A DNA stretch of 64,000 bases, from positions 61,132,001-61,196,000 of the forward strand of contig NC_043004.1 of the NCBI RefSeq assembly GCF_006345805.1. Reading direction: 5' to 3'. A model generated the notes under the pieces. That model had not been told where the DNA came from. It searched no databases and saw only the letters and a program-made list of their open reading frames with translations. This document shows positions 12,735-24,208 of this stretch, piece after piece (the first letter of the stretch is position 1; the number at the start of each line of letters is the position of its first letter). The translations under genes were made by a program, and so were the position numbers. This DNA is from Octopus sinensis. Its lineage: Eukaryota.

Positions 12735-13115
12735 AGCTCGTTTACCAACCACATGGTTCCAGGTTCAGTCCCACTGCGTGGCACCTTGGGCAAGTGTCTT
12801 CTACTATAGCCTCGGGCAGACCAAAGCCTTGTGAGTGGATTTGATAGACGGAAACTGAAAGAAGCCCGTCGTGTATATGTATATATATATATGCGTGTGT
12901 GTGTTTGTGCGTCTGTGTTCGTCCTCCTAGCATTGCTTGACAACCGAAGCTGGTGTGTTTATGTCCCCGTTACTTAGCGGTTCGGCAAAAGAGACCGATA
13001 GAATAAGTACTGCGCTTACAAAAGAATAAGTCCCGGGGTCAAGTTGCTCGATTAAAGGCGGTGCTCCAGCATAGCCGCAGTCAAATGACTGAAACAAGTA
13101 AAAGAGTAAAAGAGT
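12735..13115 (+). mobile_element. SINE family A (5' end eroded)
   Basis: Colinear with other family A copies from ACCAACCACATGG to the GTAAAAGAG tail. Confidence 0.85.
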
Positions 13116-13118
13116 ATA

Positions 13119-13197
13119 TATGTCTTTATATATATATATATTTCTTTATATATATACATATTTATTTATATATTATTTATATATATATATATTTATT

Positions 13198-13232
<35 letters not shown>

Positions 13233-13296
13233 ATATATTTACTTATATATATATTTATTTATATTATATATATATATATATTTATTTATATATATA

Positions 13297-13347
<51 letters not shown>

Positions 13348-13489
13348 ATATATATTTATCTATATATATATTTATTTATATTATTTATATTTATATTTAT
13401 TTATATATATATTTATATATATTTATTTATATTTATATATATTTATATATATTTATTTATATTTATATATATTTATATATATTTATATA

Positions 13490-13570
<81 letters not shown>
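13119..13570. repeat. ~450-bp almost pure A/T (TA/TTTA) microsatellite
   Basis: Visible directly; it is the source of the poly-YI ORFs. Confidence 0.95.
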
Positions 13571-13609
13571 CAGACACACACATTCACCATGATAGATCGC
13601 TAGCCATTA

Positions 13610-13775
13610 CACATTTATTAATTTCCTCCCCTTGTTTCTTTCTGTGTTCCCTCCCGTGGAAGAGCGTAGGCTCGAAACGTTAAAAACGTTTTTACTTCCC
13701 GAGCGTTATACTAATACATCTGTTTCTTGTCTATACCACCTCTTTTCGTCTTTTGATTTTTTGGGGTGAATTCTC
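13610..13775 (+). repeat. Dispersed repeat with a (GAAGAG...)CTCGAAACGT-type motif; related copies near 43770-43885 and 47740-47875
   Basis: The three segments share GGCTCG(A/C)AACGT...CTTCCCGAGCGT.AAACTAATACA..TGTTTGTTGT, and each is followed by (TA)n. Confidence 0.7.
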
Positions 13776-13797
13776 CCTATATGTATACACACACATG

Positions 13798-13952
<155 letters not shown>

Positions 13953-14531
13953 TACACATACATACCTACATTTTCACATATATGGGTGTGTGCGCGAGTG
14001 TATTAGTATAAATATACAGATAGATTGATTGATAGACAAATGTGGTTGAGAAACGTAATTCTTTGCCAAATATGTTGTACTTCATATTCGAGTCTTCGAT
14101 GAAGATATGAGGTGTTATTCAGGCACTCAACCATGAGTTTACCGCATCTTATAGAAGAATCAACTATACGCTAATAAATGTTATAAGATAATTATTTACT
14201 CCTTTACCATCTCTATTTATTATTGCCGCTCTACCCTCAGCGAACACTTCGTTGTGAAACATAAGTCTATTGATTTCTACACTGGGTTATTAGTCTTAGG
14301 CATATATATGTTTGCCTGACATATATACATATATATATATTATCGATCGTTCATACGCAACGTATCTATTCTGCTTATTCAACGAATTTACTGCGAGAGA
14401 GCGTTTGGGAAGAGAGTCACTAAGTACGCTGATGGGATGAAAAGTCTTGTTTAGCGATATTTCGCCATTGATAAGCCACAATAATGGCGAATAAAAAACA
14501 TACATTCTTTATGTGCGGTCGATAATATTGT

Positions 14532-14750
14532 GGAGGCGTATGACTGGGTGGTTAGTGAGTTGAACTCATGATCGTAAGATTGAGGTTTCGAAACCTGGAC
14601 CGTGGGACGCGTTGTCTTCTTGAGTAAAATACTTCTTTTCCCGCTGCTCCAAGTCCACTTAGCTGCCAACAATTAGTAATCCTGCGACGGCTCGGTGTCC
14701 TGTCCAGGTGGGGAATATATGAGCCATGAAACCGAGAAACCGGCCCTTGG
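14532..14750 (+). mobile_element. Diverged tRNA-headed SINE (family C-like)
   Basis: The head GGAGGCGTATGACTGGGTGGTTAG...GGTTTCGAAACC resembles the head of the 41985-42301 element. Confidence 0.55.
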
Positions 14751-15204
14751 AAATCAGGGGGACTTGAGAAAGTAACTTTACTAACTTTCCCTTTATCGAT
14801 AATGTTTACTTTACTAGTGCGTCTTTTAATTCGGAATTTAATTCTCTTATATACGTGCAACACTGTCGCACATCAAGCAACAGTTTTCACATGAGCAGCA
14901 TATAATCATAAATCAGCGATTCAGTTCTTTCTAGGAGTTGTATTTTTCTTAATAGACCATAAGAAGTGGCAGAATATCGGTATCCACCACACTTGGTTCG
15001 ATCCGAGTCGAGTTGCCTCACCTTTTCTGTGACCGTTATAAGTTTCAACACCCACCGTTGTTAGTGAGTCTCTCCCTAAACGCTACGTCGCAGCGTATTC
15101 TGCGAATAAACAAGACACAAAAATGGTTTATATGGTGTCTATAATGTTTAGAATGCTAGCTGCTTTTAATACGTGATATCTATATATATATATATATATA
15201 TAAC

Positions 15205-16552
15205 TTAGATAAGCTTAGATATGTTTCGACCAAAGATTGGTCCAGGCCATGTCTAACTTAATAGCACCACCTGATAGGATTATTCGAATCCTGTTTAAGT
15301 CAAGTTTTGTTCAAGTAGTGAGTTCTTGTTGGGTGAGTTGTATCAAGTTTTGTTCAAGTAGTGAGTTCTTGTTGGGTGAGTTGTATCCAATTATGGGTGG
15401 CTTATCTGGTATTCTTTGAAGGAATCCATCCAGACTCCGTTTAAAGTTGATGGGATCCTTTTCCTCTTTTATCTCCCCCGGGACAATGTTAAATAGGGCA
15501 GGGCCTGTTGAGGAAAAGAAATTATGTTGCAGTGTACATGTATGTTGTGATCTTGAATTGGGCAGGGGACGTATGGCCCGTGGTCCCAGTCTTGGATGAA
15601 CCTTGAAGCTAATGTTAAGGTCGTTTGGGCAAAGTTAGCGGTATATTCTCCACATCGTACAAATGATGTACCGCTCACGGCGACACTGGAGGGAGTAAAG
15701 TTTCAAGGCTTTAAGGCGATCCCAATAATCGAGAGCAGCCATGCCTTCAATTCGTTTAGTGAGTGCCCTCTGGGGTGACTCAATTCTGGAGATGTTTTGT
15801 CTTGTATGGGGAGACCACAGTGGGCAGCAGTATTCAAGGTGTGGCCGTATAAAGGAGGAAAAATGTGGTGTGATGACACCTTGTTCTCTGGACCGGAAAG
15901 TTGTTAAGATCCAGGAACTCATCCTACGAGCTATATCGACCTTCTTGCTGATGTGTGCACTCCAACTGAGATCGTCATCAACAATTACACCCATGTCTCT
16001 GATATTTCCTGAAGGAAGAGAGTATGGTTGTTTTAGTGAGGAATTTCTTCCAAAATGCATCAGCTCAAATTTTCCCTCATTCAGTTGCATTTTGTTTCTG
16101 TCTGCCCATTGACTCACAGCATATAGATCAGACTGGAGTTGAGTTCGGTCTGCTTCTTCAATGACGATTTGCTGGAAATTAGTGTCATCAGCAAATATTT
16201 TCACGTTGCAGTAATGTACAACACTGGAAAGGTCGTTTATGTAAATTATGAAGAGTAGCGGACCCAAAACAGTCCCCTCGGGAACACCGCTGGTGACCTT
16301 TGCTGGGCTTGAGTTGAATCCTTCAACTACAACATGTTGTGTTCTATTCGCCAGGAAATACTTAATCCAGTGTAGAACTTTTCCACGGATTCCAACATTT
16401 GCCAATTTTGAGAGTAGGATATTATGGTCTACCCTGTCGAACGCTTTACTGAAGTCAAGATGTATGATGTCAGAGTTCGAACCTGTTCCCAAGGCCTTGA
16501 GTACATCTTCAATGTGGTGTAAGAGGTGTGTTAGACAGTCCCTGCCACAGCG
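15205..16552 (-). mobile_element. 5'-truncated CR1-clade LINE (RT domain to 3' end)
   Basis: LDFSKAFDRVDH, SGVPEGTVLGPLLFIIYINDL, KIFADDT and HLEYCCPLWSP are typical CR1 RT motifs. It is flanked by (TA)n on both sides. Confidence 0.92.
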
Positions 16553-16560
16553 GTATATAT

Positions 16561-16630
<70 letters not shown>

Positions 16631-17051
16631 GGTGTGTGTATGAGTGTATGTGTGAGTGTGTGTGCTTGCGTGTGTGTGTGTGGACCTGTGCGTAAGTATG
16701 TGCCCATACATATAATATATATGTATGTCAAAAATATTAGAACATATATATTATATATATGTTTTTACATATGATTGCAATTGTCTATATCTCATATATA
16801 CACATGCATAAGCAAACTTTTACAAATATATATATGCATGTATATATTATACACACACACACACAACACACACACACACATATATATATATATATGTGCG
16901 TGTGTGTGTGTGTGTGTCTGTGTGTGTGTATTCTAGACGTTTATATATGTTATATGACCTGCTCGGCTTAAAGTATGACTCTATTCGGATTTTGAAACAA
17001 AAGACAAATATCATTGTTACAATAGATTGTAAAAGAATACCTGTTGAACAC

Positions 17052-17093
<42 letters not shown>

Positions 17094-17732
17094 TCATCAT
17101 CTCACATATACAAAAGTTCACAGAAATTATCGGGCATATTCATACGTGTAATTGTACATTTGAACTCTGTTTGTGTACAAATCTAACTTTCTGTGTGTCT
17201 TCCTGCAATTGTTTTTAAAAGATGAACTCAAGTTGAAATTTGATTTTGTTGTAGCCATCATGATTAACCGTTGTCTGTCACTGTAGTTGGCGTCATTATA
17301 ATCTGTTTTTGATTATTCTGTGATATCTGATTCAGTTTTAAATTACACACCCATTTAAACAAAACACTATAAGATAAAACAACGTAGATTTCTTATAACT
17401 ACTGCATGCATGAGAAAGGTAGCCTTTACGATGCCACTAAAACTCTAAAAGAACAATAGCCAAATTTATCTCAAATAACACGCATTTGTCTTCTGTTTTG
17501 AGAGGCTTATCCTTGATGTGTTCACGTATTTTGTATTCTGCGTACTTTAACCCCATTTGACCCCTTCATTCATTCTCATCTTTTATGTAAGCCACCACAC
17601 AAATTGTCACCTCATCTTGTAATGCACATCTCATCTAATTGCTTTGTGGCAAATAAATGAAATCATCACTATCACTATCATCACAATCATCATAGTTTAT
17701 TATTATAATTATATTACTTCTCATAGAGCTCA

Positions 17733-18146
17733 GGCGCAGGAGTGGCTGTGTGGTAAGTAGCTTGCTAACCAGCCACATGGTTCCGGGTTCCGTCCCACTG
17801 CGTGGCATCTTGGGCAAGTGTCTTCTGCTATAGCCCCGGGCCGACCAATGCCTTGTGAGTGGATTTGGTAGACGGAAACTGAAAGAAGCCTGTCGTATAT
17901 ATGTATGTATATATATGTATGTGTGTGTGTGTTTGTGTGTCTGTGTTTGTCCCCCTAGCATTGCTTGACAACCGATGCTGGTGTGTTTACGTCCCCGACA
18001 CTTATCGGTTCGGCAAAAGAGACCGATAGAATAAGTACTGGGCTTATAAAGAATAAGTCCCGGGGTCGAGTTGCTCGACTAAAGGCGGTGCTCCAGCATG
18101 GCCGCAGTCGAATGACTGAAACAAGTAAAAGAGTAAAAGAGTAAGA
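17733..18146 (+). mobile_element. SINE family A, full length
   Basis: Complete head, internal microsatellite and GTAAAAGA tail. Confidence 0.9.
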
Positions 18147-18409
18147 GCTCGGTCTGGTGTGCTCTGGTAAATACTGTAAGAGTGAACAGCAGCATGATGT
18201 CAGAAGTTTCACGGGATCTATTTCCATTTACTATAGGCATTGGTACTTGGTTTTTAATTATCGTGGGAGGCATTCAACATCAAAGTACCAATCTCAAAAC
18301 CCTAGCTGTCTCCAGCTGAGCAGTTTTTTTGGGCTCCCTCTGCTCTCATGTCAATTCCGATTTCTCTAACACTTCCCCGAAAACAACGGGACTGAGAGAC
18401 ATCTTCCTC

Positions 18410-18484
18410 AAATCTAGCTTTATAAGCAGCTATCGTATGTTTGTAGACTTTCAACGTACGATAGCGTCTTATAAAGCTAGATTT
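18410..18484. ncRNA. Candidate pre-miRNA-like hairpin (75 nt)
   Basis: A 17-bp perfect outer stem (AAATCTAGCTTTATAAG/CTTATAAAGCTAGATTT), a 2x2 internal loop, a 13-bp inner stem with one G-U pair on the plus strand, and an 11-nt loop. Confidence 0.35.
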
Positions 18485-18723
18485 ATATATCCTAAATTTG
18501 CAGAAAAATTTGTCGTTGGGGCAGTTTAGCTTAATATTAAAGCACTTGACGCGTAATGACAGGGACAGATTTTTCGGCAAAATATGAATAGCTTATCCTG
18601 TTCATGCTATATTATTAGCATCATTCTGCGTTTGAGAATAAAATTATTTCCTTATCTGTATCTTTCAATACATCTCAACGTTTCTAAAGCAAACTTTGGT
18701 TGTTGACTTTCGACGTAAGTTGA

Positions 18724-18772
<49 letters not shown>

Positions 18773-18791
18773 TATTATTATTATTATTATT

Positions 18792-18985
18792 AAGGCGGTG
18801 AGCTGGCAGAATTGTTAGCACACCGGGCGAAGTGCTAAGCTTCTTTACGTTCTGAGTTCAGATTCCACCGAGGTCAACTTTGTCTCTCATCATTTGGGGG
18901 TCGATGAAATAAATGCTAGTGAAAAACTGGAGTCAATGCAATAAATTCGTACCCTCCCCTAAAATGGCTACCCTTGTGACAACCT
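18792..18985 (+). mobile_element. SINE family B between (ATT)n arrays (18722-18791 and 18986-19125)
   Basis: The AAGGCGGTGAGCTGGCAGAA head and TTCTGAGTTCAGATTCC B-box-like motif are colinear with the other family B copies. Confidence 0.85.
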
Positions 18986-19006
18986 TTATTATTATTACTA
19001 TTATTA

Positions 19007-19060
<54 letters not shown>

Positions 19061-19087
19061 TATTACTATTATTATTATTATTATTAC

Positions 19088-19125
<38 letters not shown>

Positions 19126-21965
19126 TATGTTTGACTTTTGCTTTATATTTGTACAAGTTGGCTCCAAGTCTCACCCAGAGACCTCAAGAGACAACAGGGT
19201 TGGAAGTTCATGTTGTTGTTATGCCTAGTGTGCCATATATTTGGGGGGTGGGGATGTTGTACTAATGAATGTCTAAAAAAAAAAAAGTTTTTTTTTTTTT
19301 TTTTTTTAAACCGAAAATTATGGTTGTTTTAACCTTGAGGTTACATAGAGAGTATTTTGCGTAGGATATGAGCAGTTCCCATGAGCACTATCTTTTGAAC
19401 TTCTGCCTTTTTGGTTTCCTGGTATCTGAGTTAGGTAGCTATCAGCCCCTTTTGCTATCATTCCCAGGGCACCTATGACAACAGGTATTGTTTTAGTCTT
19501 CAGCTTCCACATTTTGCTGATTTCTATTTCAAGATCTTTATATTTGCTCAGTTTTTGGTAGGTCCTGACAGATACGTTTATATCGATTGGGACAGTCATA
19601 TCAATGAGGAGGCATGTTCTTTGTTTGAAGTCTTTCAATATGATGTCTGGCCTATTTGCATCTATCTTCCTGTCAGTTTGAATGGTGAAGTTCCAGAGGA
19701 GTGAGATGTGGTCATTTTCAAGCACTGGGGGTGGTTTGTGTTTCCACCAGTTTTTTTCATGGGGCAAATCCAGGTTTTTACAGATTACCCAGTGAATATA
19801 TTGTGCAGCTCTATCGTGCCTGTTGAGATACTCTGTAGGCGCTAGAAGACTGCACTTGGAGACCACATGGTCAATGGTTTCATTTTGTTGCTTGCATACA
19901 CGACACGTTGGACTGCTTCTGATCTTTAATATGTTGGCCTGGTAGTTTCTTGTTGGTAGGCATTGATCTTGAGCTGCTATGATAAACCCCTCTGTTTCAG
20001 ATTTTAAGCCAGAGGCCATTAGCCATTGATGGGTCAGGGCTTTGTCGATATCTGCATTATTCGCTCTCTTTGAGTATTTGCCGTAGAGAGGTTTTTCTTG
20101 CCATTTATTATTCAGAATATCTAAGGCCGCAGTTTTGGCACGGGTTTTCATGCGCCTAGCTTTTTCTGTGCTTGTTTCTTGTATGTCTATCTCTAATTCC
20201 GAAATTGGTTGTATTCGGAATTCACTTAGATATTCCTTTGCCTGTTTTGTGACTGAGTATGATGCTTTCTTGTTTTCATGTTTTGAGACAAGTTTTAACA
20301 TCCAGTCCTCAGAGTTTTTCAGGTAGGTGTCTAGGCCAATTGTAGCAATCTTCATTGTTATTGCCAGTTGCAAAAGACCACGGCCTCCCTCTTTTCTTGG
20401 CAGATAGAGTCGTTCTGTATCTGCCTTAGGGTGGTGCATTCTATGCATTGTCAACAGTTTCCTTATTTTTCTGTCGAGCTGACATATTTCAGTAATTGAC
20501 CAGTTAACAATATTGAAACTGTAAGTCACGACTGGTATAGCTAATGCATTGATTGCTTCGATCCTGTTTCTTGCATTCAGCTCTGTCTTGAGTATTGCTC
20601 TCACTCTTCGATAGCATTCTCTCCTGATCCTTTCCTTCATCTCTGAATGCCTTATTCCGTTCCCTTCAATTACCCCTAGGTACTTGTAGCTCTCCGCTGG
20701 GTCTAGTTCTTTTATGACATTCTGTTGGTCAAGGTTAACGTTAGATGTTTCTGTCATTTTTCCTTTGATAAAGGTAGCCTTTGCACATTTATCGAGGCCG
20801 AATTGCATTCTGATGTCGTCACTGAATTGTTTGACTATCGCTAGTAAGCCCTTGAGTTGTTGATCATTTTTTGCAAAAAGCTTTAAATCATCCATGTAAA
20901 CGAGATGATTTATATTTTTATCAAACATTTTATACCCGTACTGCGCGTCATTGAGCAGCTTTGAGAGAGGTATTAAGGATAAACAAAAGAGGAGTGGTGA
21001 CAGTGAGTCATCCTGGAAAATGCCACACGAAATTTTTACATCACCAGCATTTAGGGATTCACTGTCACTGTTCAGAGTTAGTGTGGTTCTCCATGATCTC
21101 ATACTTACAGTCAAGAAGTTTCGCAGAGTTGGTGCTATCTTATACATTTCAAGGCATTTCCTAATCCAGCTATGTGGTAGGCTATCAAAAGCCTTTTTAT
21201 AGTCTCTCCAGGCTATTGATAAATTTTTGTGTCGTTTGTGACAATCTTCTAAGATCATCTTATTGATGAGTAGTTGGTCTTTACAGCCGTAGGATCCACG
21301 TTTACATCCTTTCTGTTCATTAGGGAATATGCTGCTGTCTGTTAAAAAACTATAGGTATATTCCGTCAGGACAGATGTTAGAGTTTTGTACATAGTTGTT
21401 AAGCAGGTTATGGGTCTATAGTTTTTTGGTTCATTTGTTTCTTCACTTTTTGGAAGCAGGAATGTTAACCCATTAACTAGCCAAGGAGGCATCCTACTAG
21501 GGTGTTGCAGAACATCATTGTACAGTTCTGTTAGCAGTTCATGGCTCTCTGGGAAGGCATTCAGGCAGAAGTTAGGAATTTTATCCTTTCCTGGAGACTT
21601 CCATTTGCTTGACCTCCTGAGAGCAGATCTTATATCTTCTACCTTGACACCCCCCCACTTTTGCTCTTCTAAGGGGTCCAGTTCTGTAGATATTCTGTCG
21701 ATCCAGGGGGCCTTTTCGTTGTGTGTTTTTTCTTCTGCCCAGATTTTATTCCAAAATCTCTGCACTTCTTCTTTTGATGGTACAGACCCTGCAGTAAACG
21801 CTGTTTTTCCTATCTTCCTGTAAAAATTCTTGGTGTTATTTTTGAACATGTTGTTGTCCTTGAAAAATCTAACACGCTTTTCATACCTCGCTATGCGGGT
21901 AGCTTTGGCAGATACCTTTTGTTTGATGGTTTCTATGGTGGCATCAATATCAAGTATAGTTTTCA

Positions 21966-21966
<1 letters not shown>
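19126..21966 (-). mobile_element. R4/Dong-clade RLE non-LTR retrotransposon, 5'-truncated, inserted in a TAA array
   Basis: Single ORF with RT, CCHC and RLE domains, a ~215-nt 3' UTR ending ...AAACATAG-(AAT)n, and (AAT)n also at the 5' junction. Confidence 0.95.
19341..21966 (-). pseudogene. RT-zinc knuckle-restriction-like endonuclease ORF of the R4/Dong element
   Basis: RT motifs KSPGKDK, NYRPITCL, DYKKAFDS, GIFQDDSLSPLLF (usually QGD) and HLVYMDDLKL; CRVCKQQNETIDHVVSKC (CCHC); RPDIILKD...LIDMTVP (RLE). A frameshift near 19410 shifts the native end EVQKIVLMGTAHILRKILSM* (stop 19343-19341) out of frame. Confidence 0.92.
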
Positions 21967-22155
<189 letters not shown>

Positions 22156-22882
22156 GTAGTAGTAGTAGTAGTGGTAGTAAAGAAATGATCCTCGTCCCCA
22201 TTATCTTCTTCTTCGTTGCTCTTGTCGTCATCGTATACTTCATCGTTGGTGTCGATTATCGACAAAGCTGAACGTATTTTGAAAGCGCAGTGAATTTGTG
22301 CTTTGTTTTCTGTTAGAAAGTATTTTTCGCTGATTCTATTGTGCTGAGCTGTTTTATTACTTGACCAGAATCATAAGGGACTGATTAACCCATTTTTATT
22401 GCTTACCGTACAGGGAGAAATTGACATTGTTCTTTAACAATGTGCTTTTTATTTTGCTAGCGGTTATTTTCTATGTGATTATTAGATCATCATAGCCCCA
22501 CGTAGAGATACTTGCCACAGTTTAAGTAAGTCAGGAATATCTGAATATATTACACCTTCCTGTCCACACTTTTAAAGTCAAAACTAAACAGCACCATAAG
22601 TCAACAGACGAATATATAAACACAGAATTACACATCAAAATTTGTGTTCAAAATATAAATTGAGCGACAAAAAATATAGGCGACACTGCAACGAGAGCAC
22701 TAACAACTTCAAAAGAACTATAAAATATCTTTATGTAGGTTGAAGTCTATAAAGAGTTATTCCATATGACATAGTTGTTCCCAAGGGGGGAAAGAAAATC
22801 ATGCAGAAAGATGTGCCGTAATTGAACATCACTTTCTACGGGAAATTTATCCGAAACGGAGCTAGGAGAAGAATGACAGATC

Positions 22883-22935
22883 TTTATTTTAATAAGGGTT
22901 ACACAATTATATTTTGTAACCCTTATTAAAATAAA
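22883..22935. repeat. Perfect 21-bp inverted repeat with 11-nt spacer
   Basis: TTTATTTTAATAAGGGTTACA / TGTAACCCTTATTAAAATAAA. Confidence 0.9.
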
Positions 22936-24147
22936 TAAGGCCTCTTACATGACATTATATATTCATCTTCGATAAGAAGAGACATACTGAAGAGCGAACC
23001 TGGTGTTTGGAACAACAGATTAGGCAAGAAAGTAGTCTGAGTCTGCGCGCTACTTGTATTTAACATTAAAAATACCTCGTATCTAAGAAAGGAAATACAA
23101 TCAAAGACATAGCTAGATACGAATTAGGAGTTGTTTTGCATTTCAATAATCCAGCGTAATACTATTAACTGGGTCACGCAGAAGTGATTTGCAGCAACCT
23201 GTGGTCAAGTGAGGTTTTCGATGGACTTCTAGATCCTAATGTACTCTTAAGATTCCATGGTTAGCATGAACGAATGGTTTGAATAGAGATAAATAAAATT
23301 AGTGCTTCTAGACAGAAACCGAAGATTTTACTTGCATCTCTGTAAGAAAGCATTTGAAGGTTTTCTGCACAGAAGAAGGAAAACAGCGAAAAGGAGAAAA
23401 AGAGGTGGGTAAAAGTAGACAGTATGAGAGTTCCAAGCAGCAGTAATTACAATGTAAGTATTTCTCAATAATATTGAGAGGAAACTCTGCAGCAATTAGA
23501 ATGTAAGTATTCCTCTATAATACAGAAAAGAGACCCTGCTTTTCAAGATGACGAATAATTTTTAATTCATATAAAGTTCGCTGCTCCGTGCTGCATAACT
23601 ACTGCAGTTCTCTTTTCTTCGACAGACGAAGACATATTAAGACAGGAAATGTCATTTAAAGTTAATTGCAAACAAATTATTTTGGAAAATAATTTCAGTT
23701 CTATTTGTTGTAAATAGCAATGGCTATATTTCTACAGAACAGGAAAATAACAAGAAGGCAATCACGGTATATTCAAAACAAACTGTTGGATTGCACTGGT
23801 TCGTCAAAGCGAAGTGTTTTCTCGTAGTTCTTCCTGCAAACGTAAGGCCGCACAGTTCTTGTACATATCACAGTCTTACAGTCTTACAGTCACCCACCAA
23901 GATAACAGAAACAATAGTTTATACACTAAAGATTAAAGGTAATTGAGATTTCTAATCCTATTCTAATGCCCAGAAACTGTCATTTCATCGACGACAATGA
24001 TTCACAGTATACCTTTGTTTACAAAAAAAAAAACTCTGGTTCTATTGTTCCAATGGTTCATGGCAATAAATGTACATCTCAGTATTCATCGAAAGATTCT
24101 TGTCTATCTCTTTCCTCCCCTTATATCTATCTCCCATTCTGTTAAAT

Positions 24148-24208
<61 letters not shown>

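Noticed and set aside
15021-15099. Minus-strand segment with strong acceptor and GTGAGG donor
   Set aside because: All three frames contain stops. The in-frame TGA is followed by TAA two codons later, so selenocysteine readthrough is not supported.
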